Source: Anaeromyxobacteraceae bacterium
GTDB taxonomy: Bacteria > Myxococcota > Myxococcia > Myxococcales > Anaeromyxobacteraceae
Length of the DNA: 64,000 bases
Assembly: GCA_035656915.1 (NCBI GenBank)
Contig: DASRRJ010000018.1
Span: forward strand, 49,816 to 113,815
Direction: 5' to 3'
The notes below the pieces were generated by a model. It made no database searches. It had not been told where the DNA came from and worked only from the letters and a program-made list of their open reading frames with translations. Shown piece by piece: positions 43,498 through 52,553 of the stretch; positions within the stretch are counted from its first letter, which is position 1; the number at the start of each line of letters is the position of its first letter. The position numbers and the translations under genes were made by a program.

Positions 43498-46360
43498 TCC
43501 TCGGAGCCGGCCGCCTACTCCTCCGGCGCGCCAGCGCCGCGGCCGCGAGGAGCCCTGCCAGCGAGAGCGCGTCCCCTCCACCGCTCGAGGCGCAGCCCCC
43601 CCGACCGCCGGCAGCGGCGGAGGCCGGCGTGGGCGATCCTCCAGCCGTCGAGGGCGCGGTGGCCCCCCGGATGACGCCCGAGAGCATGAAGTCGCGCGAC
43701 GAGCTCCCCACGAACACCGGGGTCTCGCACGCCGGCGATGTCCAGGCGTGCGCCGCCGGGTCCCAGCGCTCGAACGCCTCCGGCGCCAGCGCGACGGTCA
43801 CGCGCCGGCTGGCGCCCGGATCGAGCGCCACCTTGGAGAACCCCGCCAGCCGGTGCGGCACCGGGTCGGCCTCCCCGGGGCAGGGTCCCACGTAGACCTG
43901 CGCCACCTCGGCGCCAGCGCGGCCGCCGGTGTTGGCGAGCGTGAACGAGACCTGGGCCGTGCGGCGGCCGGCGGCGTCCACCGTCGCCGGCGCGACCTCG
44001 AGGCCGGAGTAGCCGAAGGTGGTGTAGGAGAGGCCGTAGCCGAAGGGGAAGAGCGGCGCGATCCCCTTCGCGTCGTACCAGCGGTATCCCATGAGCAGCC
44101 CCTCCGACCAGGCGATCACCGGGCCGATCTGGTCCTGGGTGGGCGCGGGCTGCGCGCCGACCGGCGTCTGGTCGAGCGAGCGCGGGAAGGTGAGCGGGAG
44201 CTTGCCCGAGGGGTTCACGTCGCCGAAGAGCACCCGGGCGACGACGTCCCCCTGCCGCTGCCCCGGGTACCAGGCCTGCACCACCGCCGAGACGGCGGGG
44301 AGCCAGGGCATGCTGGTGCCCTGACCGGTGGTGAGCACCACGACCGTGCGCGGGTTGGCCGCCGCCACCGCGGCGATGAGCGCGTCCTGCTCGGACGGGA
44401 GCGAGAGGTCCAGCCGGTCGCGCTCCTCGGTCCCGTAATCCCGCGCGACCACCACCGCCACGTCAGAGGCGGCCGCCAGCGCCACCGCCTCGCGCGTGGT
44501 GGAGAGCACCGTGCCGGCCGGCATCTGCCACCCCAGCTTCAGATCCCCGCCGCGATCGGTCGCCACCCCGATGCTGGGGGCGTCGGCGACGTAGTCCACC
44601 CGAAGGTCGTGCTTCGTGCCGGCGGCGAGCTGCACGGTGGCGGACCTGGAGTCGAGCTCGTGCGAGCCGGAGTGGTCGATGACGAGCGCGCCGTCGAGCC
44701 ACACCCAGCCCTGGCCGCGGTCGGTGAGCGTGAAGGTGTAGGTGCCGGTCGCCGGCGCGGTGAGGGTGCCGTTCCAGCGGGCCGAGATCTTCTGCAGGGC
44801 GAAGCTCTCCGGGAGCTGCGGCTCGGAGGAGGCGTCGACGCTCGGGTAGTCGAAGAAGCCGAGCGAGACCGCCGCCTCGTGGTCCACCCGGATCACCTCC
44901 GCCGGGCCGGCGAAGCTCGGGTTGAGCCAGTACTGCGCCCGCAGGCCGCGGGTCCCGTCGTCGAACCCCTCCGGCGTGAGCACCGAGGAGGGGATGGCCG
45001 GCGGTCCCGGCAGGAGGTGCGCCGGCGAGACCGGGTCGCCACCGGGCGCGAACCTCACGTCCACCCCGGGTCCGGCGCGCTGGCGCAGGCCGTCGAGCGG
45101 AGTCACCGAGGAGGTCGGCTCCACCCGCGCCGCGCCGCCGCCCTGGGCCGCGGCGGTGTCGGCGTCGGCGCCGATGACCGCGATCGAGCGCAGCGCGCCG
45201 GCGGAGAGCGGGAGGAGCCCGTCGCGGTTCTGGAGCAGCACCACCCCCTGCTCGGCGATTTGCTCCGAGCGGTCGGAGTCGTCCGCCTCGGCGAGCGGCC
45301 CCGGTTGCACCGGCTGGTCCATGAGGCCGAGGCGGAACATGGAGCGCAGGATCCGGCGCGCCTTGTCGTCCACCACGTCGCGCGCCACCTCCCCGCGCTG
45401 GACCGCGCCGAGGAGCGAGTGGCCGAAATACTTCTCGAAGGCCAGCTCCTGGTCGAGGCCGGCCGTGGCCGCCAGCACCGTGCCGTGGATCGAGGCCCAG
45501 TCGCTGAGGACGTAGCCCTGGAAGCCCAGCTCGCCCTTGAGGACGTCGGTGAGGAGGTGGCGGTCCTCGCAGGCGAACGCGCCGTTCACGCGGTTGAAGC
45601 CGCACATCACGCTCCCCACCTGGGCGTCGGCGACCGCCGCCTGGTAGGGCCGGAGGTAGAGCTCTCGCAGGGCGCGCTCGTCCAGCTCGGCGTCCACCGT
45701 GAAGCGGTCGGTCTCCTGGCCGTAGGCGACGTAGTGCTTGGCGTCGGCGATCACCGGGTGCTTCTGGATGGCCTGGATGAACGGGGCGGCGAGGCGCGCC
45801 GCCAGGAGCGGGTCCTCGCCGAAGCCCTCGAAGGTGCGGCCGGCGAGCGGGTCGCGCGCGAGGTCCAGGGTGGGCCCGAGCAGCACGTTGTGCCCGGTGA
45901 GGAAGGCCTCGGCACCGAGCACGTCCCCCTGCTCGGAGGCCGCGGTGGGGTCGAAGCTCGCGGCGAGCGCGATGGGCGCGGGGAGCTGGGTGGCCCGACC
46001 GCCGTTCACCCGCTGGTAGGGGATGCGGATGCCCGCCGGGCCGTCGGTCATGGTCAGGGCCGGGATGCCGAGCCGGGCGATGGGGGCGTTGTAGTAGCCG
46101 TAGAGCAGGCAGCGCTCGCCCGTCGCGAGATCGATCTCCTCCTCGAGCGCCATGGCCCCGAGCAGCGCCTCGGCGCGCGCATCCGGCGGCTGGCTGGAGT
46201 CGGTCCAGGGCCGGCTCGCGGGCGGCCCCTGCTCCGAGCCGAGCGTCGGGCCAGGGCAGTACGGCGGTGGCGCGGCGCCGGCGTGGAGCGCGACCGAGGC
46301 GATCACTGCCGCGAGCAGCGCGAGCGCCCCTCGGTCTGCCTGAAACCCGGCGTGGAGCAT
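43373..46360 (-). CDS. Glycoside hydrolase family 3 beta-glucosidase with inserted PA14 domain and MYXO-CTERM-like C-terminal sorting region
   Basis: The ORF was trimmed to Met91 (signal peptide MLHAGFQADRGALALLAAVIASVALHA). The GH3 nucleophile motif GFQGYVLSDWASIHG is present. The PA14 region reads YWLNPSFAGPAEV...TGTYTFTLTDRGQGWVWLDGALVIDHSG. The C-terminal ...GGCASSGGGDALSLAGLLAAAALARRRSRRP resembles MYXO-CTERM. The ORF runs roughly 43 aa beyond it and overlaps the GH16 3' end by 125 nt. Confidence 0.8.
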   Translation of the reverse strand: MLHAGFQADRGALALLAAVIASVALHAGAAPPPYCPGPTLGSEQGPPASRPWTDSSQPPDARAEALLGAMALEEEIDLATGERCLLYGYYNAPIARLGIPALTMTDGPAGIRIPYQRVNGGRATQLPAPIALAASFDPTAASEQGDVLGAEAFLTGHNVLLGPTLDLARDPLAGRTFEGFGEDPLLAARLAAPFIQAIQKHPVIADAKHYVAYGQETDRFTVDAELDERALRELYLRPYQAAVADAQVGSVMCGFNRVNGAFACEDRHLLTDVLKGELGFQGYVLSDWASIHGTVLAATAGLDQELAFEKYFGHSLLGAVQRGEVARDVVDDKARRILRSMFRLGLMDQPVQPGPLAEADDSDRSEQIAEQGVVLLQNRDGLLPLSAGALRSIAVIGADADTAAAQGGGAARVEPTSSVTPLDGLRQRAGPGVDVRFAPGGDPVSPAHLLPGPPAIPSSVLTPEGFDDGTRGLRAQYWLNPSFAGPAEVIRVDHEAAVSLGFFDYPSVDASSEPQLPESFALQKISARWNGTLTAPATGTYTFTLTDRGQGWVWLDGALVIDHSGSHELDSRSATVQLAAGTKHDLRVDYVADAPSIGVATDRGGDLKLGWQMPAGTVLSTTREAVALAAASDVAVVVARDYGTEERDRLDLSLPSEQDALIAAVAAANPRTVVVLTTGQGTSMPWLPAVSAVVQAWYPGQRQGDVVARVLFGDVNPSGKLPLTFPRSLDQTPVGAQPAPTQDQIGPVIAWSEGLLMGYRWYDAKGIAPLFPFGYGLSYTTFGYSGLEVAPATVDAAGRRTAQVSFTLANTGGRAGAEVAQVYVGPCPGEADPVPHRLAGFSKVALDPGASRRVTVALAPEAFERWDPAAHAWTSPACETPVFVGSSSRDFMLSGVIRGATAPSTAGGSPTPASAAAGGRGGCASSGGGDALSLAGLLAAAALARRRSRRPAPRTTAPAPRPAPSPRPCGWRCWPASRSRRPGRSPPRCRPRPRR

Positions 46361-46584
46361 CCGATGGCCGTGCGCCGTGCGGCGACCCCCCTGCGAGCAA
46401 GGGTAGGGCGAGAGGGACGGCAGGCAACGAGCGGGCGGCCGCCGCTCGAGCCCGCGCCCGATGGCCGCGCCGCGACCACGCGCAGGCTCGCGCGCACGAG
46501 AGAGCCCGTCCGGGCGTGGTGCTCGCTCGGCCCGGTGGCTTAAATGGCGGAGATCTTGGAGCGCGGCTGGATCTGGAGGCAAGC

Positions 46585-47604
46585 ATGGCCGACACCATGA
46601 AGGCGTACGAGGTTCCGAAGCCCGGCTCACCCTTCACCCTGGTCGAGCGGCCGGTGCCTCGACCGGCCCCGGCCCAGGTGCGCATCGCCGTCGAGGCCTG
46701 CGGCATCTGCCACTCGGACGCGTACGTGAAGGGTGGGCAGTTCCCCGGGCTGACCCTCCCGCGCGTGCCGGGGCACGAGGTGGTCGGCCGCGTCGACGCG
46801 GTGGGGGACGGCGTGACCACCTGGCGGGTCGGGCAGCGCGTCGGGGTGGGCTGGCACGGCGGCCACTGCTTCGTCTGCGAGGCTTGTCGCGCCGGCGACT
46901 TCATCGAGTGCGCGCGCGGCCTCATCTGCGGCTTCAGCTACGACGGCGGCTACGCCGAGTACCTGATCGCTCCCCAGGAGGCGCTCGCCGCGGTCCCCGA
47001 CGCGCTCGACGCGGTGGCCGCCGCGCCGCTGCTCTGTGCCGGGGTCACCACCTTCAACGCGCTGCGCAACAGCGGCGCGCGCGGCGGCGAGCTGGTGGCG
47101 GTCCAGGGCATCGGAGGGCTCGGGCACCTCGGCATCCAGTACGCCCGCAAGCTCGGCTTCCACACCGTGGCGATCTCGCGCGGCGCCGACAAGCGCGCCC
47201 TGGCCCTCGAGCTCGGCGCGCACGAGTACGTCGACCAGGAGGCCGGCGACGCAGCGGCGGCGCTGCAGAAGCTCGGCGGAGCCCGCGCGATCCTCGCCAC
47301 CGCGCCCAACTCGCAGCTGATGTCGAAGCTGGTGGACGGGCTCGGCCGCAACGGCACGCTGCTCGTTGTGGGGGCGTCGCCGGATCCGATCCAGGTCTCG
47401 CCCTTCCAGCTCATCGGCCCGCGCCGGCGGCTGCAGGGGTGGCCGAGCGGCACGGCCAAGGACTCCGAGGAGGCGCTCGCCTTCAGCGCGCTCAACGGGG
47501 TGGCGTCGCGGAACGAGGTCTTCCCCCTGGAGCGCTGCAACGAGGCCTTCGAGCGGATGACGAGCAACAAGGCGCGCTTCCGGGTGGTGCTGAAGGTGCG
47601 CTGA
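46585..47604 (+). CDS. Zinc-dependent alcohol dehydrogenase (MDR superfamily)
   Basis: GGAGG SD. It has the catalytic Zn (GICHSD...GHE) and structural Zn (C..C..C...C: CFVCEACRAGDFIEC) motifs and a Rossmann GIGGLGH motif. Confidence 0.9.
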   Translation: MADTMKAYEVPKPGSPFTLVERPVPRPAPAQVRIAVEACGICHSDAYVKGGQFPGLTLPRVPGHEVVGRVDAVGDGVTTWRVGQRVGVGWHGGHCFVCEACRAGDFIECARGLICGFSYDGGYAEYLIAPQEALAAVPDALDAVAAAPLLCAGVTTFNALRNSGARGGELVAVQGIGGLGHLGIQYARKLGFHTVAISRGADKRALALELGAHEYVDQEAGDAAAALQKLGGARAILATAPNSQLMSKLVDGLGRNGTLLVVGASPDPIQVSPFQLIGPRRRLQGWPSGTAKDSEEALAFSALNGVASRNEVFPLERCNEAFERMTSNKARFRVVLKVR

Positions 47605-47616
47605 ACGGCGGGTGGC

Positions 47617-47874
47617 TCAGCCGCCGCTCAGCGCCTGCACGAGCTGCACCTCGTCGCCGAAGCGCAGCGGCCGGGAGAGGTCGAAGACCTGCTCGCCGTT
47701 GACGAAGCAGCGGATGTGCGGCCGCAGCCGCTCCTGCTCGTCGATCACGCGGAAGCGGAAGCCGGGGTAATGACGCTCGAGGTCGAGGAACGCCGCGGCC
47801 AGCGTCTCGCCGCGGGCCTCCACCTCCCGCGCCCCGGTGTAGGAGCGCAGCGGGCTCGGGATCAGCACCTTCAT
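47617..47874 (-). CDS. MoaD/ThiS-family ubiquitin-like sulfur-carrier protein (C-terminal GG)
   Basis: 85 aa ending ...LVQALSGG. It has a beta-grasp-like pattern. Its start overlaps the upstream stop as ATGA. Confidence 0.7.
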   Translation of the reverse strand: MKVLIPSPLRSYTGAREVEARGETLAAAFLDLERHYPGFRFRVIDEQERLRPHIRCFVNGEQVFDLSRPLRFGDEVQLVQALSGG

Positions 47875-49082
47875 GCGATACCGTCCAGCTCGGCCGCCTC
47901 CACGGCGTAGATCTCGGGGAGGTGGCGCGCCAGACAGGTCCAGCGCGCGCCCTCGTCGCGGCTCCCCCAGAGCTCTCCGCTCGTCGTCCCGAGGTAGAGG
48001 CCGACCGGGTCGCGCAGATCGCCCGCCATCGCCTGGCGCTTCACCGTCCACCACGCCTGCTCCTGCGGCAGCCCGGCGTCGAGCCGCCGCCAGGTCCTGC
48101 CGCCGTTCCGGGTGACGTAGGCGGCGGCCTTGCCCCCGGGGCTGGTGCGCGGCCAGACGCTGGTGCCGTCCATCGGGAACACCCAGGCGGTGTCGGGATC
48201 GCGCGGGTGGACCACCAGGGGGAAGCCGATGTCGCCGACCCTCTTCGGCAGGCTCCTGCCCACCCGGATCCACTCGCTCGACGGGCGGTCGAGGCGGTAG
48301 GTGCCGCAGTGGTTCTGCTGATAGAGCCGGTCGGGGTTGGCGGGGCAGAGGCGGATGCAGTGCGGGTCGTGGAACGCCGGGTTGGAGACGTCGAACCCCT
48401 CCACCACCTCCAGCCCCGCGAGGAGCGGCGCCCAGGTCTCGCCGCGATCGAGCGACTCGTGCACGCCGCCGCTCGACATGCCGACGTAGAGGTGGGCCGG
48501 GTCGCGCGGGTCGACCAGGATCGAGTGCAGCTTCGGGCCGTCGGGCGTCCCGTCCTGCGGGCCTCCCATCCAGGCCCGGTAGCGGGGGTGGTCGTTCAGC
48601 CCGGAGACCGGCTCCCAGCTGGCGCCGCCGTCGCTCGAGCGGAAGAGCCCGTGCGGCGAGGTGCCGGCGTACCAGACCCGTGGCTCGGTCGCGTGGCCGG
48701 GCGTGAGCCAGAAGGTGTGGTCGACGACGCGGCCCTTCTCGCCCTCAGGCGCCCTGGGGAAGGCGGGAGGCCGCAGGGCCTCCTTCCAGGTCCGCCCGAG
48801 GTCGGTGGAGCGGAAGATCGTGGGGCCGAGGTGCCCGGTCTTCGCCGACGCCAGCAAGGTCCGCCCGTCGCGCGGGTCGAGGACCAGGTGGTTGATGACC
48901 TGGCCCAGGAAGTGGGGCCCGTCGACCTGCCAGCGGCGCCGGGCCGCGTCGCCGCGGTAGACCCAGGCGCCCTTGCGCGTGGCGACGAGCAGGAGCAGAG
49001 GCGGCGTGGGCCGCCGCCGCCTCGAGCGCGGGGGCGTGGCGGGTCGCGGCCTCCGTGCCGTCGTCTTTCGGGTGGTCGCCAT
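47871..49082 (-). CDS. BNR/Asp-box repeat (sialidase-like beta-propeller) protein
   Basis: Five SxDxGxTW BNR repeats are present: STDLGRTW, SDGGASW, SLDRGETW, TRNGGRTW and SRDEGARW. The N-terminus is Arg-rich (possible Tat-like) and the exact start is uncertain. Confidence 0.75.
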   Translation of the reverse strand: MATTRKTTARRPRPATPPRSRRRRPTPPLLLLVATRKGAWVYRGDAARRRWQVDGPHFLGQVINHLVLDPRDGRTLLASAKTGHLGPTIFRSTDLGRTWKEALRPPAFPRAPEGEKGRVVDHTFWLTPGHATEPRVWYAGTSPHGLFRSSDGGASWEPVSGLNDHPRYRAWMGGPQDGTPDGPKLHSILVDPRDPAHLYVGMSSGGVHESLDRGETWAPLLAGLEVVEGFDVSNPAFHDPHCIRLCPANPDRLYQQNHCGTYRLDRPSSEWIRVGRSLPKRVGDIGFPLVVHPRDPDTAWVFPMDGTSVWPRTSPGGKAAAYVTRNGGRTWRRLDAGLPQEQAWWTVKRQAMAGDLRDPVGLYLGTTSGELWGSRDEGARWTCLARHLPEIYAVEAAELDGIA

Positions 49083-49198
49083 GGGCGCTCCTCCCAGTCC
49101 GGGCCTGCTCCGGATGCGTAGGCCGGATCTCTTAAGCCGCCCGGCGCGGCGAGCAACGTGGACGCGCGTGCGCAGGCCGGGCGCGGTAGAACGCTCGG

Positions 49199-49858
49199 AT
49201 GCTCCTCGAACACCGGATGCTCCCGCCCCGGACGCCGTCGGACCGGCCGCCGCTGCTGGTGCTCCTGCACGGGATCGGGGCCGACGAGGGCGATCTGCTC
49301 CCGCTGGCGCTGTCGCTCGACCCGCGCTTCCTGGTGATCTCCGCGCGCGCGCCCCACGAGGCCGAGCCGATGGGCTACCGCTGGTACGCCATCGACTGGA
49401 CGGCCACGCCGCCGCGCGGCGATCCAGGCGAGCTCGCCGCCAGCCGCGAGCTCCTGGCCAGGTTCATCGCCGAGGCGCCGGCGGCCTACGGCACCGACCC
49501 GTCCCGCACCTTCCTCCTCGGCTTCAGCCAGGGGGCCATCATGGCGCTGGCGCTGCTCCTCGCCATGCCGGACCTGGTGCGCGGCGTGGTGGCGCACTCC
49601 GGGCGGCTGGCGCGGCTGCCCGGGCCCGACCCCACGCCCGAGGCGCTCTCCGGCGCGGAGGTGCTCCTCCTCCACGGCGCCGAGGACGAGGTGGTCCCCG
49701 CGGCGATGGGGCGCAAGGCGTTCGAGGTGCTGCGGAGCCTCCTCGGCACGCGGGTGGCGTACCGCGAGCTCGAGGGGCTCGCCCACGGGATCTCGGAGGA
49801 GAGCCTCGGCGAGGCGGCGCGCTGGCTCGCTGCCCGGCTCGACGGCGTCGATCGGTGA
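49199..49858 (+). CDS. Alpha/beta hydrolase, phospholipase/carboxylesterase family
   Basis: LVLLHGIGADEGDL, the nucleophile elbow GFSQGA and an AHG catalytic His are present. 219 aa. Confidence 0.8.
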   Translation: MLLEHRMLPPRTPSDRPPLLVLLHGIGADEGDLLPLALSLDPRFLVISARAPHEAEPMGYRWYAIDWTATPPRGDPGELAASRELLARFIAEAPAAYGTDPSRTFLLGFSQGAIMALALLLAMPDLVRGVVAHSGRLARLPGPDPTPEALSGAEVLLLHGAEDEVVPAAMGRKAFEVLRSLLGTRVAYRELEGLAHGISEESLGEAARWLAARLDGVDR

Positions 49859-49927
49859 GTAGGCGGCCCCGCCGCATCGAGGCCGCCGCCGCTGGCCTTC
49901 CGCGCCCGACTGCGATTAGCTGCCGGG

Positions 49928-50395
49928 ATGGCGCGCGTCGAGATCGAGCTCCCCGACCAGTTCCAGTTCCGCACCGAGATCCCGATCCGGATCGGCGACA
50001 TCAACTACGGCGGGCACCTCGGGAACGACGCGGTCCTCTCCATCGCCCAGGAGGCGCGGGTGCGCTTCCTGCGCTCCCACGGCTGGACGGAGCTCGACGT
50101 CCAGGGCGTCGGCCTGGCCATGGTGGACGCCGCGGTGGTCTACCGCGCCGAGGGGCTGTACGGCATGGTGCTCGGCGTCGAGCTCGCTCCGGCCGACGTC
50201 CGCACCCGCGGCTTCGACCTGCTCTACCGGCTCTCCGACCTCGCCGGCGGCGGGGAGATCGCGCGCGTGAAGACCGGGCTGGTCTTCTTCGACTACGCGG
50301 CGCGGCGGATCGTGAGGATGCCCGAGGCCTTCCGGCAGGTGGTCGCGCCGGCGTCGGGATCAGACGGCGCCCCTGGCGCACCGCGCGGGCTATGA
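49928..50395 (+). CDS. Acyl-CoA thioesterase, hotdog fold (YbgC/4HBT-like)
   Basis: 155 aa. The pattern around NYGGHLGNDAVLSIAQEARVRFL is typical of 4HBT hotdog thioesterases. Confidence 0.7.
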   Translation: MARVEIELPDQFQFRTEIPIRIGDINYGGHLGNDAVLSIAQEARVRFLRSHGWTELDVQGVGLAMVDAAVVYRAEGLYGMVLGVELAPADVRTRGFDLLYRLSDLAGGGEIARVKTGLVFFDYAARRIVRMPEAFRQVVAPASGSDGAPGAPRGL

Positions 50396-50448
50396 TGGCT
50401 CCCCTCGTGCGCCGCCCTATCTGAGCGGCGCGCCCCTCTGGAGGCCGC

Positions 50449-51312
50449 ATGCGACGTGTCGCCGGGCTCTTCGCCTTCTTCCTCGCCGGCTCGCTCGCCG
50501 GGTGCTCGAACCCCGGCACCCCCGCCGGTTACGTGGGATATCTGACCCGGGGGGCCGTCGTCGGGAAGACCAGCTACGTCGGCCTGCAGACCGGCCCCAC
50601 CAGCTTCGGCCTCGGTTGGATGATGAACGTGATGAACGTCTCGGTGACCCCCTTCAGCTACGCGGAGGACTTCACCGGGGACAACGCCGTGCTGGCGCAG
50701 GACAAGCTCATGATCGGGTTCCGCGCCCACACCATCTTCCGGGTGCGCTCCGACAAGGTGAAGGAGTTCGTGGAGCAGTACACCACCATCGAGCAGGGCA
50801 GGGATCAGGTGCAGGTGGCCTTCGGGAACTTCCTCAGGGAGCCGCTCCGGACCGAGATCCGGGCGGCGGTGGCCCACTACGACGCCTTCTCGCTCAACGC
50901 CAGCATCGGCAAGATCAACCAGGAGCTGACGGCCTGGGCCCAGGAGAAGACCAGGGGCACGCCCTTCGAGGTGCTGAACGTGGTGGTGGGCAACATCCAG
51001 TTCCCCGCCGCGGTGTCGCAGGCGGTGGGGGCCAAGCTGGCGGCCTCACAGGACCTCGAGACCCGCGCCACGCAGGTGGAGATCGCGAAGAAGGACGCCG
51101 AGAAGCGCATAGTGGAGGCCGAGGGCATCGCCAAGGCCACGCAGATCATCCAGCAGCGCCTCACGCCGCTCTACGTCCAGCACGAGGCCATCGAGGCGCA
51201 GAAGGCGATGGTCGGGAGCCAGAACCACACCACCATCTACATCCCGGTGGGGCCGATGGGGGTGCCCATCGTCAGCACGCGGCAGCACGGGGACGCCGAG
51301 GGCGTGAAGTAG
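50449..51312 (+). CDS. SPFH/band-7 (prohibitin/HflK-like) domain lipoprotein
   Basis: The signal peptide has a lipobox (LAGCS). The band-7 core and a coiled-coil Ala/Gln/Glu-rich C-terminus (AQEKTRG...QVEIAKKDAEKRIVEAEG) are present. Confidence 0.75.
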   Translation: MRRVAGLFAFFLAGSLAGCSNPGTPAGYVGYLTRGAVVGKTSYVGLQTGPTSFGLGWMMNVMNVSVTPFSYAEDFTGDNAVLAQDKLMIGFRAHTIFRVRSDKVKEFVEQYTTIEQGRDQVQVAFGNFLREPLRTEIRAAVAHYDAFSLNASIGKINQELTAWAQEKTRGTPFEVLNVVVGNIQFPAAVSQAVGAKLAASQDLETRATQVEIAKKDAEKRIVEAEGIAKATQIIQQRLTPLYVQHEAIEAQKAMVGSQNHTTIYIPVGPMGVPIVSTRQHGDAEGVK

Positions 51313-51357
51313 CGCGCCGGCGCCTGCGAGCCGCCTCTCGCGCGAACACTGCCCCCG

Positions 51358-51966
51358 ATGCCGTCCTCCGAACGACACCTCTTCCTCGTCCGCCACGGCG
51401 AGACGGACTGGAACGCCGCTGGCCGCTGGCAGGGCCACACGGACGTGCCGCTCAACGCGACCGGCCGGGCGCAGGCCCAGGCCGTCGCGGCGCGGCTGCG
51501 CGGCGAGGGTGTCCGCGCGATCGCGACGAGCGATCTCTGCCGGGCGCGCGGCACGGCGGAGATCGTGGGCGAGGCGCTCGGGCTGGAGGTGGCGGTGGTG
51601 GATGAGGGCTTGCGCGAGCGCGCCTACGGCGAGTGGGAGGGCCTCACCCGCTGCGAGTGCGAGGTGCGGTATCCGGGGCAGTGGGCGCTCCACCTCTCCG
51701 ATCCGCGGGTGGCGCCGCCCGGCGGCGAGTCCATGGACGCGCTGCTCGCGCGAGTCGTCCCGGCGATCCACCGGGCCGCCGAGCGCCTCGAGGCGCCGGC
51801 GTTGCTCGTGACGCACGGCGGCGTGATGCGGGCGTTCCTCGCCGCCACGCTCGACGCGGCGCCCCTCTCGCCGCCGCGCGTCGTCCCGAATTGCGGCGTG
51901 TGGCGGGTGCGCCTGGTGGCCGGCCGCGTGGCCGGGGCGGCGGCGTTGGACGGCCACGGGCGCTGA
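51358..51966 (+). CDS. Histidine phosphatase family protein (phosphoglycerate mutase-like)
   Basis: LVRHGETDWN (RHG catalytic His), a second His in LLVTHGGVMRA and the overall length of 202 aa fit this family. Confidence 0.85.
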   Translation: MPSSERHLFLVRHGETDWNAAGRWQGHTDVPLNATGRAQAQAVAARLRGEGVRAIATSDLCRARGTAEIVGEALGLEVAVVDEGLRERAYGEWEGLTRCECEVRYPGQWALHLSDPRVAPPGGESMDALLARVVPAIHRAAERLEAPALLVTHGGVMRAFLAATLDAAPLSPPRVVPNCGVWRVRLVAGRVAGAAALDGHGR

Positions 51967-52078
51967 TTCGCTCGCGAAAACGCCGTGATCGACGGTCGTC
52001 GTTCCGTTGGTGGGCGGTTGTCCCACCCCCGGATACAGGGTACAGCGTCACCCACTCCGAACGTGCTACCGCTGTTCG

Positions 52079-52432
52079 ATGCCCCTCAAGATCGCCCTGC
52101 TGATCGCGCTCGCCCTCTCGGCCTGTAACCCCAACAACTGCGATCCGGGCTGCACCGGAAGCAACGGGAGCTGCGAGAGCTGCCCTTCTCCCTACTCCTG
52201 CAACAGCGGCGGGATCTGCAGCAGCGTCGTCAACGGCGTCGCCTGCTGCACCGGAGGCAGCGGCGGCGGCGGTGGTGGTGGCGGCGGGAGCTGCAACGCC
52301 GGGTACTGCGTCTCGAACGGCGCCTGCTGCCCGGCGGGCTCGCCGTACTACTGCCGAGGCTCCTGCTACGTCACGTACAACGACCTGCTCCATGCCGGCT
52401 GCACCACCGCGGTGCAGGGGACCTGTTACTGA
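52079..52432 (+). CDS. Small secreted Cys-rich lipoprotein (22 Cys in 117 aa) with poly-Gly linker
   Basis: The ORF was trimmed to Met25 (MPLKIALLIALALSAC, lipobox LSAC). GC3 is very high. Cys spacing is repeated (C..C...C, CC, C....CC). The central linker is G12S. No SD is obvious. Confidence 0.55.
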   Translation: MPLKIALLIALALSACNPNNCDPGCTGSNGSCESCPSPYSCNSGGICSSVVNGVACCTGGSGGGGGGGGGSCNAGYCVSNGACCPAGSPYYCRGSCYVTYNDLLHAGCTTAVQGTCY

Positions 52433-52553
52433 GCGCGCCGTAGCAGATGGCGGGGGCGCAGGTGACGCCCGCTCGCGCGGTCGCCCGCGGGGCAGGGGGG
52501 CGAAGGTGCGATTCGGGCCCGCACCCCCGGGCCGCGGAGAAGGTGAGTAACGT

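Noticed and set aside
42605-46543. 1312-aa + ORF spanning GH16 and the GH3 antisense
   Set aside because: It is a frame-shifted shadow of GH16 that continues antisense to GH3. The real genes have catalytic motifs in the other frames.
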